The notes below the pieces were generated by a model that worked only from the letters and a program-made list of their open reading frames with translations, was not told where the DNA came from and made no database searches. A stretch of 64,000 nt of DNA from the NCBI RefSeq assembly GCF_035084215.1, contig NW_027138407.1, positions 1,116,001 to 1,180,000 on the forward strand. The letters are read 5' to 3'. Each line of letters starts with the position of its first letter. Positions within the stretch are counted from its first letter, which is position 1. The position numbers and the translations under genes are program-made. This stretch comes from Heptranchias perlo. Lineage: Eukaryota. Positions 40,044-51,349 of the stretch are shown here, piece by piece.

Positions 40044-43000
40044 CAATGAGACCTCCACAAAACTATGAGTATAAAATCAATATGTCACAGCAATTGGACA
40101 AAAGTTTCCTAAAGGAGAAAGTTTAACAGTGGCAGCAGCAGAGAATTAGTCATTTAACACATGCTATATTGAATTAAAGTAAGGTGAGTCAGCTGAACTC
40201 GATGTCTCGGGCTCTGAATTCCCAGTGGGTTGTGGTCACGCTGGAATCCATTTCTTCTGAGACAATTCCTGTTTGATTGAAAACACCAGTTGCAATGAGT
40301 GGAGTACAAGAAGTGACATCGAACAGTGTGCGAGCAAAGCGCAAGATTAATCTTCATTCAACTTTAAGATGATGAATGCATTTCTGCTTCTAACTCTCCA
40401 CCTTGAAAAATTGTGCTGTGCAAATTCTGAATCACTGAACGCATCCATACGGCTTGCCTATGTTCTTCTATCTATATTACTTGGCATTACATAGAATGTA
40501 CAGCAAAGATACAGGCCATTTGGCCCAACTAGTCGGTGCCGGTGTTTATGCTCCACATTAACATCTTCCCACACCTCTTCATCTCATCCGATCAACATAT
40601 CCTTCTATTCCTTACTCCCTTATGTACTTATCTAGTTTCCCCTTAAATACATCTATGCTATTTGCCTAAACTATTTCATGTGATAGCGAGATCCACATCT
40701 AACCACTCTTTGGTGACAATCTTTAATTGATGGCCCCTAGATTTGTTTTAAATCAAGACTGGAAACATCGTCTCTACATCGAGCCTATCAACCACTTTCA
40801 TAATCCTAAAGACCTCGATCAAGTCACTCCTCAGACCTCTGTTTCCTCGAGAAAAGAGCCCCAGCCTGTTTCGCCTTTCCTGATGGATTTCCAGTTACCA
40901 TTGTAAGTTGCAATGTGAACATTTCCTGTTCATTTTTTTTCGTTCAATTGTAACAATGCAGTTATTTTTTAAAAAACAATTTCGGGATATGGGCGTCGCT
41001 GGCAAGGACGGCATTTATTGTCCTCCTTAGTTGCCCTTGAGAAGGTGGTAATGGGCCTTCTTATTGAACCGCTGCAGTCCACGCGGTGAAGGGGCCCCCA
41101 TAATGGTCTCGCTGCCTAACAGCGACAATGAAGTTATCGAGTTTCAGTCTCTTTCAATTCATTTCATGTTAAAGCCTTTAAATATAGATGGCACCGGAAT
41201 TCCGTACCAGGGCCTTGTGGGCCAGTACCGAACATAGGAAAAATAGAAACAGGAGGAGGCCATTCAGCCCCTCGAGCCTGCACCGCCATTCAATGAGATG
41301 GCTGATCTGTGCCTCAACGTCATTTTCCCATGTCAGCTCCATATCCCCTTAATACCCTTATCTAACAAAATCTATCTGTCTCAGGCTTGAAAGCTCAATT
41401 GTTCCCCAGCATTCACAGCCTTTTGGGAGAGACAATTTCAGATTTCTACCACCCTTCTTGTGAAAAGAAATGCTTCCTGATTTACCTTTTAAATGGCCCA
41501 GCTCTAATTGACATATTATGCCGCCTCGTTGTTGATTCCCCCACAAGAGGAAATAGTTTCTCTGTATCTACACTATCGCTTGCTTTTAACATTTTAAACA
41601 GCTCCATCAGATCACCACTCAATCTTCTATACTCAAGGGAATACAAGCCGTGTTTATGCAACCCAACCTCAGAAATGTGCAAAGATTAGAAATTAACAGA
41701 GTGAAAGTAGCTAATGGTTTTTTTCAGTTTAGCAAAATGTGGCTAGTGGGCTGTGAGTACATTCTGTGTTTGTACCTGTTTTGTTATTCATAGATATGCG
41801 TGATTTGGACCAAGGCGTGGAGGAGATATCAGTTTTGCTGACACTATAATTTTGGTAGTGGGGACATGGCTGAAAGAATGGAGCAGATTGCAGGAGGACA
41901 TGCGCCGTTTCGAAGAGTGGGAGATATATGGCAAAGGAGACTTATCGTGGACCTGTGTGAGTTCGAAAATTTTTTGGGGAAAAGAATCGAGAATGGAAAT
42001 ATAAGCCGAATTGGAATCAAGCAGACAAACCGTGAGATCCAGGGGCTAGAGATAGACAGATATTTTAAAGTAGAGTCAAAGACATTAATTTTGCTGCAAC
42101 AGCAACAATAGCAACTTGCATTCATGCAGCGCCTTTAACAAAGTAAAACGTCCAAAGGCCCTTCACAGCAGAGTTTACGAACAAAATTTGACACATATGG
42201 AGATATAAGGTCAGGTGATCACAAGCTTGGTCAAAGTGGCAGGTTTTGAGGACTATCTTCATGGAGTGGAGATGTGGAGAGGCGGTGAGCTTTATGGAGG
42301 TTTTAGGCAGCTGAAGGCACGGCCGCCAGTGGTGAGGCGAAAGATATGTTGGATGCACAAGAGGCCGGAATTGGAGGAATACAGAGTTCCCGGAGGCTTG
42401 TAGGGCTGGAGGAGGTTATAGAGATAAGGAGGGGCGAGGTGATGGAGAGATTTGAGCACAAGGTTATGCTAAACAAGAGGGCTCATCATACCAAGTGGCT
42501 GATGATGCACTTGTACAAATCGTTAGCTGGGTCACAATTCTAGTACTGTGTGCACCTGTGGGTATCTTATTTTAAAAATAAATGTTCAAGCAATGAAGAG
42601 GTGCAACAGAAAATAAATAGATTGACAAATGCATGAGCAGATTTATTGATGAGGGGTTTGGCATAACTAAGGCTTTATTCAAGGGGCACAGAAATGCATT
42701 TGACATGTTCCAAATCTGGACAAGTTTCAGAAGACAAAGGGGTTAAAATTCAACTTCGATGGGTTGTAAAATGGGCATTAGATAGATCGAGTGATAATTA
42801 TAATATAAGGCAAAGGAAAATCGGACAGGGTGTATCAGAGGAGGCCGATACTTGACAGGTTGTTTTGCGCCCCCGCCGAAGTTGGATTTTACTCCCAAAT
42901 AGTGCAAGACTATTTTCAGTGTCTTGTGTAAGAGTGGCGTTGCGAATCGGCCAACGGTTATAAGAATGGGAATACAGAGATTTATTTTATTGATTGGCAA

Positions 43001-43068
43001 GTTCATTGCTAACAATATTGTTGAAAACAAATTATATTCAGCATGTCCATTGGGGTAATCAGTCTCAC

Positions 43069-43179
43069 CTTAAAATAGCCACACTCTGGCCGTCAGCAGG
43101 ACATTGAAAGCAACGCACTTCAAAAAGAGAACTCTCAATCCCAACACGGTCAAAGACAGAAAATTCAGCCTCGGTAGAT
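43069..43179 (-). CDS. TRDC: TCR delta constant region, TM/cytoplasmic exon
   Basis: (D)LPRLNFLSLTVLGLRVLFLKCVAFNVLLTARVWLF*; TM Arg and Lys typical of TCR alpha/delta; no FETD alpha-CPM; gtgag donor 1 nt after the stop, implying an untranslated last exon. Confidence 0.92.
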
Positions 43180-43390
43180 CTGTGTTAATTATTAAATTAA
43201 AGAGTTGATTTAGTGAAACAAACCTACGGAATTTCACTAAAATAAATATACCTGTACCACAAAATTGGAATGTATTGCTCGATCTAGCTGGCTGGTTATT
43301 ATACATCTATCTATGTATCTATCCATCTCTCTTTTTTTTCTGTCTGTCTGTTTGTCTTTTCTCGAAACATATTTAACATGAGGCACTGAC

Positions 43391-43462
43391 CTGTTTGGGT
43401 GTCCTTTATTCCTGCTCTGGAATTATTTGAACGTTTTCCACAATCAGGCTTTCTGCCGGGGC
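43391..43462 (-). CDS. TRDC: TCR delta constant region, connecting-peptide exon
   Basis: tttgcag|..PGRKPDCGKRSNNSRAGIKDTQT|gtcagt; 72 nt, phase 1-1; carries the interchain Cys. Confidence 0.88.
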
Positions 43463-43635
43463 CTGCAAACAAACATGTAAAGGATTTATTGAGTAAATTG
43501 CTTTGTTGTTGCTTTGTGGTTATTATTATCACTGTTACTATTATTGTTACTGGTAGTAATAATGGAGAAAGTAATAATAAAGTAGTAATATTGATTATTC
43601 ATCCTATTATTGATCACAGTCGGACTTCGATGATT

Positions 43636-44103
43636 GTGTCAGCCGTGGCTCAATGGTACCAATATGGCTTTTGTATCAGAAGCTTGTGAGTTCTGATCCC
43701 ACTCCAGAGACTTGAGACCATAATACTAGGCCGACACTACGAGTGGCAGTATTGTGGGAGCGCTGCAATGTAGGAGGTACCGTCTTTCGTTTGATACGTT
43801 TAACAGAGGCCTCGTCTGTCCTCTCCAGTGGATGCAGAAGATCCCACGGGACCATTTCGAAGAAGAGCAGGGAAGATCTCCTCGGTGTCCTGGTCAATAT
43901 TTATCCATCAACCAACATCACTCAAACAGATTAGCTGGTCATTTATCACATTGCTTTGTTTGTGGGATCTCCCTGTGCACATATTGGCTGCTGCGTTTCC
44001 CTACATTACAACAAAGTTTACACGTCAAACAGTACTTCATTGAATGTAAAGCGCTTTGGGAATTCCTGAGACTGTCGAAGGCACATTATAAATGTAAGTT
44101 CTT
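43636..44103 (+). mobile_element. tRNA-derived SINE in the C-delta intron
   Basis: gtcagccgtggctcaatggta..gagttctgatccc head; gtaaagcgctttggg...tataaatgtaag tail. Confidence 0.75.
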
Positions 44104-44129
44104 TATTTATGAAACATTTTATTACTCAC

Positions 44130-44450
44130 GGGCTGCATAATCCTGGCTGTCGCTTTTTGCATAGAAAGATCGAGCCCTGTGTTTTGCCTCACACGTGACA
44201 TTTACTGAATGTTTGGATGAATTGAAAGAGAGGAACCCTGAGCTCCTGTAATACCCGTTGTTTAATAAGTGATTGGATCTCGTGACATTGGTCTTTGGGA
44301 CAGTGATTGTATCCATGAAGAGCCCAATCTCTTTGGGGGAGAATTCCGACACCAGACATACCGCCGCCGTATCGGCACTGTCCCCGTCCCCATCTTTTAT
44401 CACGGGCGGGTAAAAGACCGACACGGTAGGCTCTTTGGGAGTTTTGTCCT
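44130..44450 (-). CDS. TRDC: TCR delta constant Ig (C1) exon
   Basis: ttttcag|(K)DKTPKEPTVSVFYP..TAAVCLVSEFSPKEI..NVTCEAKH..DYAA|gtgagt; 321 nt, phase 1-1, open. Confidence 0.9.
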
Positions 44451-46029
44451 CTGAAAATTAAAGAATAGAACGGAGAAATTATTCAGAATCCACCAATGTG
44501 AGCACAGTGGTAGATTAATAAATGACTAATAATGAAATTCGATTATGAAATAATAGTCCACACATTTTTTTCAAAAAGCAGCCGCTCGAATCTGTTCTGC
44601 TGTTCAATTAGATCATGACTTATCTGTATCTGAACTCCATTTAGCCGCCTTGGTACTGTACCCCTTAATATCCTTGCCTAACAAAATCTATCAATCTCAG
44701 TTTTGAGATTTTCAATTGACCCCCAGCCTCAACATAGTTCCAGATTTCCACTTCCCTTTGTGTGAAGAATTGCTTCCTGATATCACCCCTGAAAGACCTA
44801 GCTCGAACTTTAAGGTTATGACCCATTACTCTGGACTCCCCCACCAGAGGAATAAATATTTCTCTGTCTACCCTGTCAAATCCTTTAATCATTGAAAAAC
44901 CCTCAACCATCCCTGTTCAGAAACATCCCATTTTCCAATAACTCTGTTCACAGAAATTTCTCTCATCTCCCTCCCCTCAATGGATATTTTAAATTAATGA
45001 TGCCTCGCAAAAATGTTAGTTGCTCAAATCCTTAGATAATGAGGCAAAAGTATCTGAACCCATTGACTCCAGTTCCCTCCATAAAAATGCGATTTATTTT
45101 TTTCCCAGCAAATATAGATTACTGGTTCAATTCCATGAAACAACACAATTCACGGGATCAGACAATTGGGGTTTTATGGATTAGTTGTGCTTGTGTAAGA
45201 TTGGCTTTTGCGAGAGAAATCCAACCCATACTATCGAAACGTACATTGATCGCAAAATAGCGGCACACAATGATTTGTGAATCTAGATTACTGTTATTTG
45301 CAATTCATGAGTATGCGACAGGGGCTATTTGAACCAAGTCAAGTCTACACTGAAATAGGTTCAATTTCCAAACGTAAGAACATCTGTATATCCACCACCG
45401 AACACGATGTTAAATTTCAAAAAATGGTCTATCTGTGCACATCTTCAAATTTCTTCATGTCCTGCACCAAATAAATAGGAACACAACACAACGTCTCAAA
45501 TATGCAATGTGTATGCAATGATTTAAGGCCCCCTATATTAATCCTGGAGCAATGATTCAACAAGCAACATCAGGAATGATTCGGCAGACACTGAAGCCAC
45601 CGCTGGTTTCCTTTCCCTCGCGGATATGCGGATAGTGAAAACCTCTCAATTGTATCCAATTTATTATCTTTATTGAAGTCATGTATCCTCGCGCATAATC
45701 GCTGGAAAATTGCGTCTGATATTGAAGGGGAAAGCATCAGATTATCTGATCATTATCACTTCGCTGTTTGTGAAGCCTTGCTGTGAGCAAATTGCCTGCC
45801 GCGTTTCTTACATTACAAAAGTGAGCACACTTTTAAAGTACTTCATTGGTTATAAAGCGCCTTCGGACGTCCTGAGGGAGCGAAAGGCGCTATATCAATG
45901 GAAATCTTTCATTCTTTGTTCATTTCTTTCTAAAAATCGTTACACGTCCGCCCATATTTAGCCGATACCACATGCCATGCGTCTTCTATTGTCACAAAAG
46001 GACTAGTAATGTGTTTAAATGTTACATAC

Positions 46030-46119
46030 TTGGCTCTACAATCACTTCAGTTCCGTCTCCAAATGTGAGTTCAGCAGCATCCCCTAATCCACACAGTGAT
46101 AAGTACCCAGCGAAAAACC
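46030..46119 (-). CDS. TRDJ: Intact J-delta (46030-46091) with 12-RSS
   Basis: ggtttttcg + 12 nt + cactgtg; GLGDAAELTFGDGTEVIVEP; gtatgt donor in phase 1. Confidence 0.93.
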
Positions 46120-46336
46120 CACACAGCGCCACCAGGTCTAATTCCACCTCATCGCAGCAAAAAGTGGACACGTTGTTGGAAAAGCGAACTGGGTACCGCA
46201 AACCCCTGTTAATGGGGCAAATTATTTTAACCGCGATTTAATAATAGATACCTGGTCCCTCTACCAATATTCACCAGAATGCAAATACCAGTCTACAAGG
46301 GGGAGAACGAGAAAATATCCTAACATTTTACTTAAC

Positions 46337-46429
46337 CGTTTCTAAAATAATTCTGGTCCCACTTCCGGATATTAGTTTAGTGGTAGTTTGCCAACTTCCT
46401 GCGCATCAACAGCTGAACAGACAAAAACC
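46337..46429 (-). pseudogene. Pseudo-J
   Basis: Perfect nonamer ggtttttgt + 12 nt, decayed heptamer tgatgcg; TTKLISGSGTRIILET (F replaced by S); donor doubtful. Confidence 0.75.
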
Positions 46430-46709
46430 TGTTCCAGGAGAGCTGTAAACTGTCTGGACTGTAGCTTAATAGAAGCACCAGGGGCTTAGACCGTGGCCTC
46501 ATCTTGCTGAATTACCTCCTGGATATATTTAGAAGTGTTGCTTAATTGTCTTTCGCCGTTACACACGCAGGTCAGTGAAAGGTCTCCCTCTAGTGCATAC
46601 TTGTGTGTTCGTGCTTAGGACTGGATATTAGTTTAAGGGAAAGACCCTAACTTTACATCATACACTAAACCGCCCTGAATTGAGATAAAGAAGACCCAAA
46701 TCTACTTAC

Positions 46710-46765
46710 CCCGTTGCACAATCAATCAGGTCGCCAGTTCCCAATGTCAGCTTATCACCCAACCA
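46710..46765 (-). pseudogene. Pseudo-J (frameshift/stop)
   Basis: GDKLTLGTG, then a shifted T*LIVQR and a gtaagt donor; no recognisable RSS. Confidence 0.7.
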
Positions 46766-46873
46766 ATACTGTTATGTAAAATATAACGGTTATGTATAAA
46801 TATAACTAAAATAAGGCGCCAAATAGTAAAAGGAGAAGTTCTTGAGAGAGAGACCAAATTGAGGAGTAGATAC

Positions 46874-46930
46874 TGGGATCCAAAATCAGCCTGTTTCCAT
46901 TCCAAAACGTGAGCTTTTATTGTCGCGGTA
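46874..46930 (-). pseudogene. Pseudo-J
   Basis: KLTFWNGNRLILDP|gtatct (FGxG became FWxG); heptamer decayed to taccgcg. Confidence 0.7.
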
Positions 46931-47229
46931 TGTTACATTTCGTTGAATCTTGTAATAAGATCACTTGGACTCTCCCCCACATCTCCCAGTGACTGATTCG
47001 CTTGTTCCTGAAGCATAGGATCGATAAGATTACGAGTCATATCTTTATGCACTGGCGGTCTTGGAGCGTTCCCGCAATGTGATCACAGCAATAAATATCC
47101 AGGGGAAATAAAATTGCAAAATGAACAACATGTAAAACCTTAACGGTCAGGGGATAACCGTTGCTAGATTGTAACCAAGCCTTCCTGGGGGTGTTGAGAA
47201 TGTTGTTGTACCGTTCTGTGTAGGTGGAA

Positions 47230-47269
47230 GGTTATTGTACGACCACTTAAGCAGACTCAAACTACTGTG
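47230..47269 (-). other. RSS of the supporting V (24-nt spacer, 23-type)
   Basis: cacagta + 24 nt + acaataacc. Confidence 0.8.
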
Positions 47270-47580
47270 TGTATCGGTGCGCGGACTCAGTGCACAATGA
47301 TACACAGCGGAGTCACTCGGTTGTAGTTTGGAGATGCTTAACCGGCTGGTTTTCTCGGCAGGATCGATAGAAGCAGAAATTCGGCCCGCGGCAGCGTTTT
47401 CATTATTCCCTTCTCCTGAAGTGTGTCTCTGTAGGAGGTATTTCGGAGCCTGCCCTGGGCACTGACTGTACAAGTATAGTGTGTACGGACAGAAGCTTGA
47501 AAATTCGCAGCTTAAAGCAACGGTGTCACCGGCAGCAGAGGTTTGTAGAGGCGGACTCTGGGACACCGATAATCTGGAAT
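47270..47580 (-). CDS. TRDV: Leaderless NAR-TCR-supporting V-delta exon
   Basis: cctgcag|(D)SRLSVSQSP..ALSCEFSSFCPYTLYLYSQC..DSAVYHCALSPRTDT; extra CDR1 Cys; no leader exon found upstream; in phase with the NAR J donor. Confidence 0.9.
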
Positions 47581-49641
47581 CTGCAGGATAAAAATTGGGA
47601 GATTAGTCTGTCTTTAAAGGCTGTTTAGACACTTGTCAATCGTATGAACAGTTCTGCCTCTAGCGGTAATGTTGTTCTTCATTTGAAGCCGATTCGGACT
47701 TTATTCACTTTCATTGGAAAAAAGTACCCGAGGGGAGAAGAGGAGAATGTTGTTTTACGCAGCGAGTTGTTATGATCTGGAATGCGGTGCCTGAAAGGGC
47801 GGTGGGAGCAGATTCTATCGTAACTTTCATTTTATTTCTACACCGTGGTCGCTCACTCTCTGCTGTTTGAGGTTTCCCGCCATACTGAGAACTTGCCCCA
47901 GAGTCTCTCATTTATCCGTGGGATCAGTCTGTGCAGTTTCCGCAGTTGTTTTACTGTTACTCACTGGGAACTGTTTCTTCCTAGTTTCTAATAATGTCAA
48001 TTCCTTCAGACCATTGGTTGAATCTCTCCGGGCGGCGTTTTCTCTGAGTTTTAAAATATATAGAATCTGCAGAACGCCATTCGGCCCTGCTGGTCTGTGC
48101 CGGTGTTTAGATTCCAAACGAGCCTCCACCAACTCTAATTACCACTTTCCACCCTGACCCCCCAACCCGTATTTCTCTATTCCTTTCGCCCTCATGTATG
48201 TCTCAATACTCCCCTTAAATATATCAATGTTATCAGCTTCAACCACTCCGTGTGGCAACACGTTCCACATTCTCACCACTCTCTGCGTAAGTAAATTCCT
48301 CCTAAATTCTTTACTTTTACTGTTAGTGACTATCTTTTATTTATGACCCCTTGTTCTGGATTCACCCACAAGTGGAAATCGTTTCCCCACATCCACCCTA
48401 TTGAACACCTTCATAATTTTAAAGACCTCTTATCAGGTCTCCTCGTACTCTTCTCATTTCCAGAGAACGAAGCCCCGGCCTGTTCAACTTTTCCAGAAAG
48501 GTGTGGATTGCTGCTGATGTCTTTTCTCAGGAGTATAAGAAATGCAAAGCCGAGAAAAGTCTTTGAGTCCGATCGAAACCCATCCCTCCGGTAAATGTAT
48601 TTCCACCGGTGCCGGATTGCACTTTGAACGGCCCAGGGGTCGGTGTCTCCACATTCCCGCTTGGCCGGCAATGGGCGATATTTCACTCCCTTTCAGTGAA
48701 TTATTTCTTGATGATTCTAAATGGACTTTTCTCCAGCCTGTGCTTATTCCCTCGGGTGTTCCTGTTCTCCTTTATGAGAACATTTGCGCCTCGCACTCAC
48801 TCTCTCACTGCCCAATGTTGTTTCAATTAACATTAACCAAGGCTCCAGGTAAATTAATGCAAACCGATCTCTCAAATACTGAAATTAAATATGGAAAACT
48901 GTCTGTAGTTCGATGCTTTCACATTTCGACTTAAACGCGGAGCATGGAGATAAATGACTGTTCATTTGAAGGCAATTGAAATAAATATTAGATAAAATGC
49001 AATTAATCTCAGTCACCGGATGTCCGATCGTGATGTGCCATCGGTCTATTGTATCTGAAGCCCCGCCGTGTTTTGCTGCAGTTTTTCTGCCACTGGAGTT
49101 ATCGGAGGGTCCGATGTAGTATTGGGTTTACTCGACCGGTACCTCATTCACACTGCCCGGCACGGACTGCCAGCTCCTGACCAGGAGAGAGCTCTGAAAC
49201 TCCCGCCTTGCTCAGAGGGACAGGCAGAGCTCCCTCAGTCACAGTTAACACCGAAAGTGGAGGCCGGAGTGTCGACAATCTGCGGTCATTTACACCAACA
49301 AGGGATCAAAATGAGAGATTCCTGGATTTTTATGGGATCTCCTGGATCCCCGTTAAACCAAAGATGGTCCTGATGGGGTCAAACCCTCGACTGCCTGTTC
49401 CGTGGAGGTGTGTGTGTGTGTGTGTCGGGGGAGGGGGGGTGTTTCACTCATCTTCTCTACGGAATCACACCCAATCCCGACTCACGGATCATATTCTGGT
49501 CCTGAATTTAAAAATGAAATGGAAATAACCCCTTAGAAAGTCGCTATATTTTACTTTGAGGAGATAACAATCACAATAATAAGCTGACAGTGAATATTAA
49601 CCGGGACAGTCTGTAACACGGCGGGGTTTGGAGTCACTTAC

Positions 49642-49743
49642 CGGCTGTGACGGTCACCACGGTCCCGGGTCCATCCACATCATAATATTTCCAACCATCT
49701 TCACCACAGTCACACCGCTCTCAGTCACCCTGGTACAAGAACC
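49642..49743 (-). CDS. NAR-type J (49642-49704) with 23-RSS
   Basis: ggttcttgt + 23 nt + gactgtg; EDGWKYYDVDGPGTVVTVTA|gtaagt; IgNAR-like xGxGTVVTV. Confidence 0.92.
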
Positions 49744-50042
49744 ACCGACATCTCAATCTGCCGCACACCTCACCAGACAGTCCCCGCTCCCCAATTATTC
49801 CAGGGATTTTACATCAATGAACAACATTCCATGTTTCATAGTCCCAGTCGGTTCAAACTGTTCTTTCTGTGACTCTCAGCTCTTTGTAAAATGGACCAGG
49901 TACATAAACGGACAAAAAAATGTCAAAGAAAGATCACTGAAAGCAAGAAATTACAATAAAAATAATCCAGAATACAGCGATAATGACATCAAACCTACAA
50001 TTCAGGATCCCGCCGTGAGAATTGATATTTTCATTGTATAGA

Positions 50043-50070
50043 GGTATTTGCTGAGGTCTTTTCCACTGTG
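50043..50070 (-). other. 12-RSS 3' of the NAR V
   Basis: cacagtg + gaaaagacctca (12 nt) + gcaaatacc. Confidence 0.9.
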
Positions 50071-50555
50071 ATTGCCCGGGAATAGTACTTGTAGTTTGCT
50101 TTACAGTAATAGGTGGCGCTATCTTCAACTCTCGCATCTCTAATTTCCAGCGAAAACGTCTTTTCTGCATTATTCGTTGACGCAACAAATCGTTCTCCGC
50201 CGTAGATCAGCTCCCACTCTGCCCCAGTCCGGCTTTGTCGGAAGAAATCGCCACTCTCGAAACGATAGTCATAGTAAAAATGCCGTTTGAAAACGCAGGT
50301 GATCGTGAGAGACTGACACTCCTTCCTGGTCACCACACGCGGGGTCTGTGTCACTGACTGGCCGAAAGAGCCTGGAAATTAAATAAAGAGTTTAATGAGC
50401 CATTAAAGCCGAACCACACAACAGGGCTAAAACCGAATCAGTGCAATTCGAATGGACTCGGGCTGCTTTGTATTAAATTCGCACAACGTCCGTTTGGTTG
50501 AACGGCACTCACGGGGTAAACAGACACACAGGATGAAAACAAGGAGGATTCCCAT
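50071..50555 (-). CDS. NAR-TCR V segment: leader 50513-50555, V exon 50071-50371
   Basis: MGILLVFILCVCLPR/SFGQSVTQTPRVVTRKECQSLTITC...GGERFVASTNNAEKTFSLEIRDARVEDSATYYCKA; IgNAR-like short FR2/CDR2; extra FR1 Cys; TATA-like tataaa ~50580. Confidence 0.92.
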
Positions 50556-51349
50556 CGTTCTGCTGCCTGGATCTGACGGTTTATATGACGGAGAGCAGGA
50601 GACTGCAAAACTGGACTGCCCTGGGAGACAGTACCTGAGAGCTATACTTAAATACTTTAGGGGATCAAGTTCATTTGCAGAGGGCATTGTCCCGTTGATC
50701 ATTGGTGGTCCTCGCGGCTCCCGGATCTCTGGCTGTGCGTTGTGTGAATAAGCGACAGGTTCAAAGACGGACCTGCAATTTTATGACGCATCATCTGGAC
50801 TCTGAGCCGATCTGAAAGCCCCTCCCACATTAGTCTGACGTACAAGGGGGAGTTCTGTCAGCAGTGGCGACCGCCTCCTTTGCCTCACAGGAGTGAGCTG
50901 GGTGGTCTGTCCATATATTTTTATTGGGTGGTGTTTGTTGAGGGTGGAATGTTGGCCCAGAACACCGGGAGAATCCCCCGCTCTTATTCCAATAGTGCTG
51001 GGTGATTCTTTAACATCTCCCTGAACAGGCTGACGGGAACTCGGTTAAACCTTTCATCCATAGGACCATGTAGAACTCCCTCAGTCCAGCAACTGTGCGT
51101 CAGGTTACAATATGAGACAGTCCAGTGCCACTTTCAATATACAGGCAGATATACACAATATACTTGGAGAATAGACTGTCACTGTAATTGAACCAAACGC
51201 TTCGTGCATCGTCCACTTCTGTGGTTTGAACACCTTCTCTCGCTGCCCTCTGGTGGCGACGATATGTAACTACAAGTTTAACAGCTGTTCGAATCTGCCC
51301 CCGGGGCTGCTCTGCTGGGACAACCAACGTTAAAGTCAGCTATGTGCTG

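Noticed and set aside
43069-44450. Calling the constant region TCR alpha or Ig
   Set aside because: TM with Arg and Lys excludes Ig, beta and gamma; absence of the FETD alpha motif and the NAR context favour delta, though no alignment was run.
49140-49290. Possible extra exon or leader for the supporting V on the - strand (LTVTEG-like)
   Set aside because: Stops in the splice-compatible frame; no ATG plus hydrophobic core.
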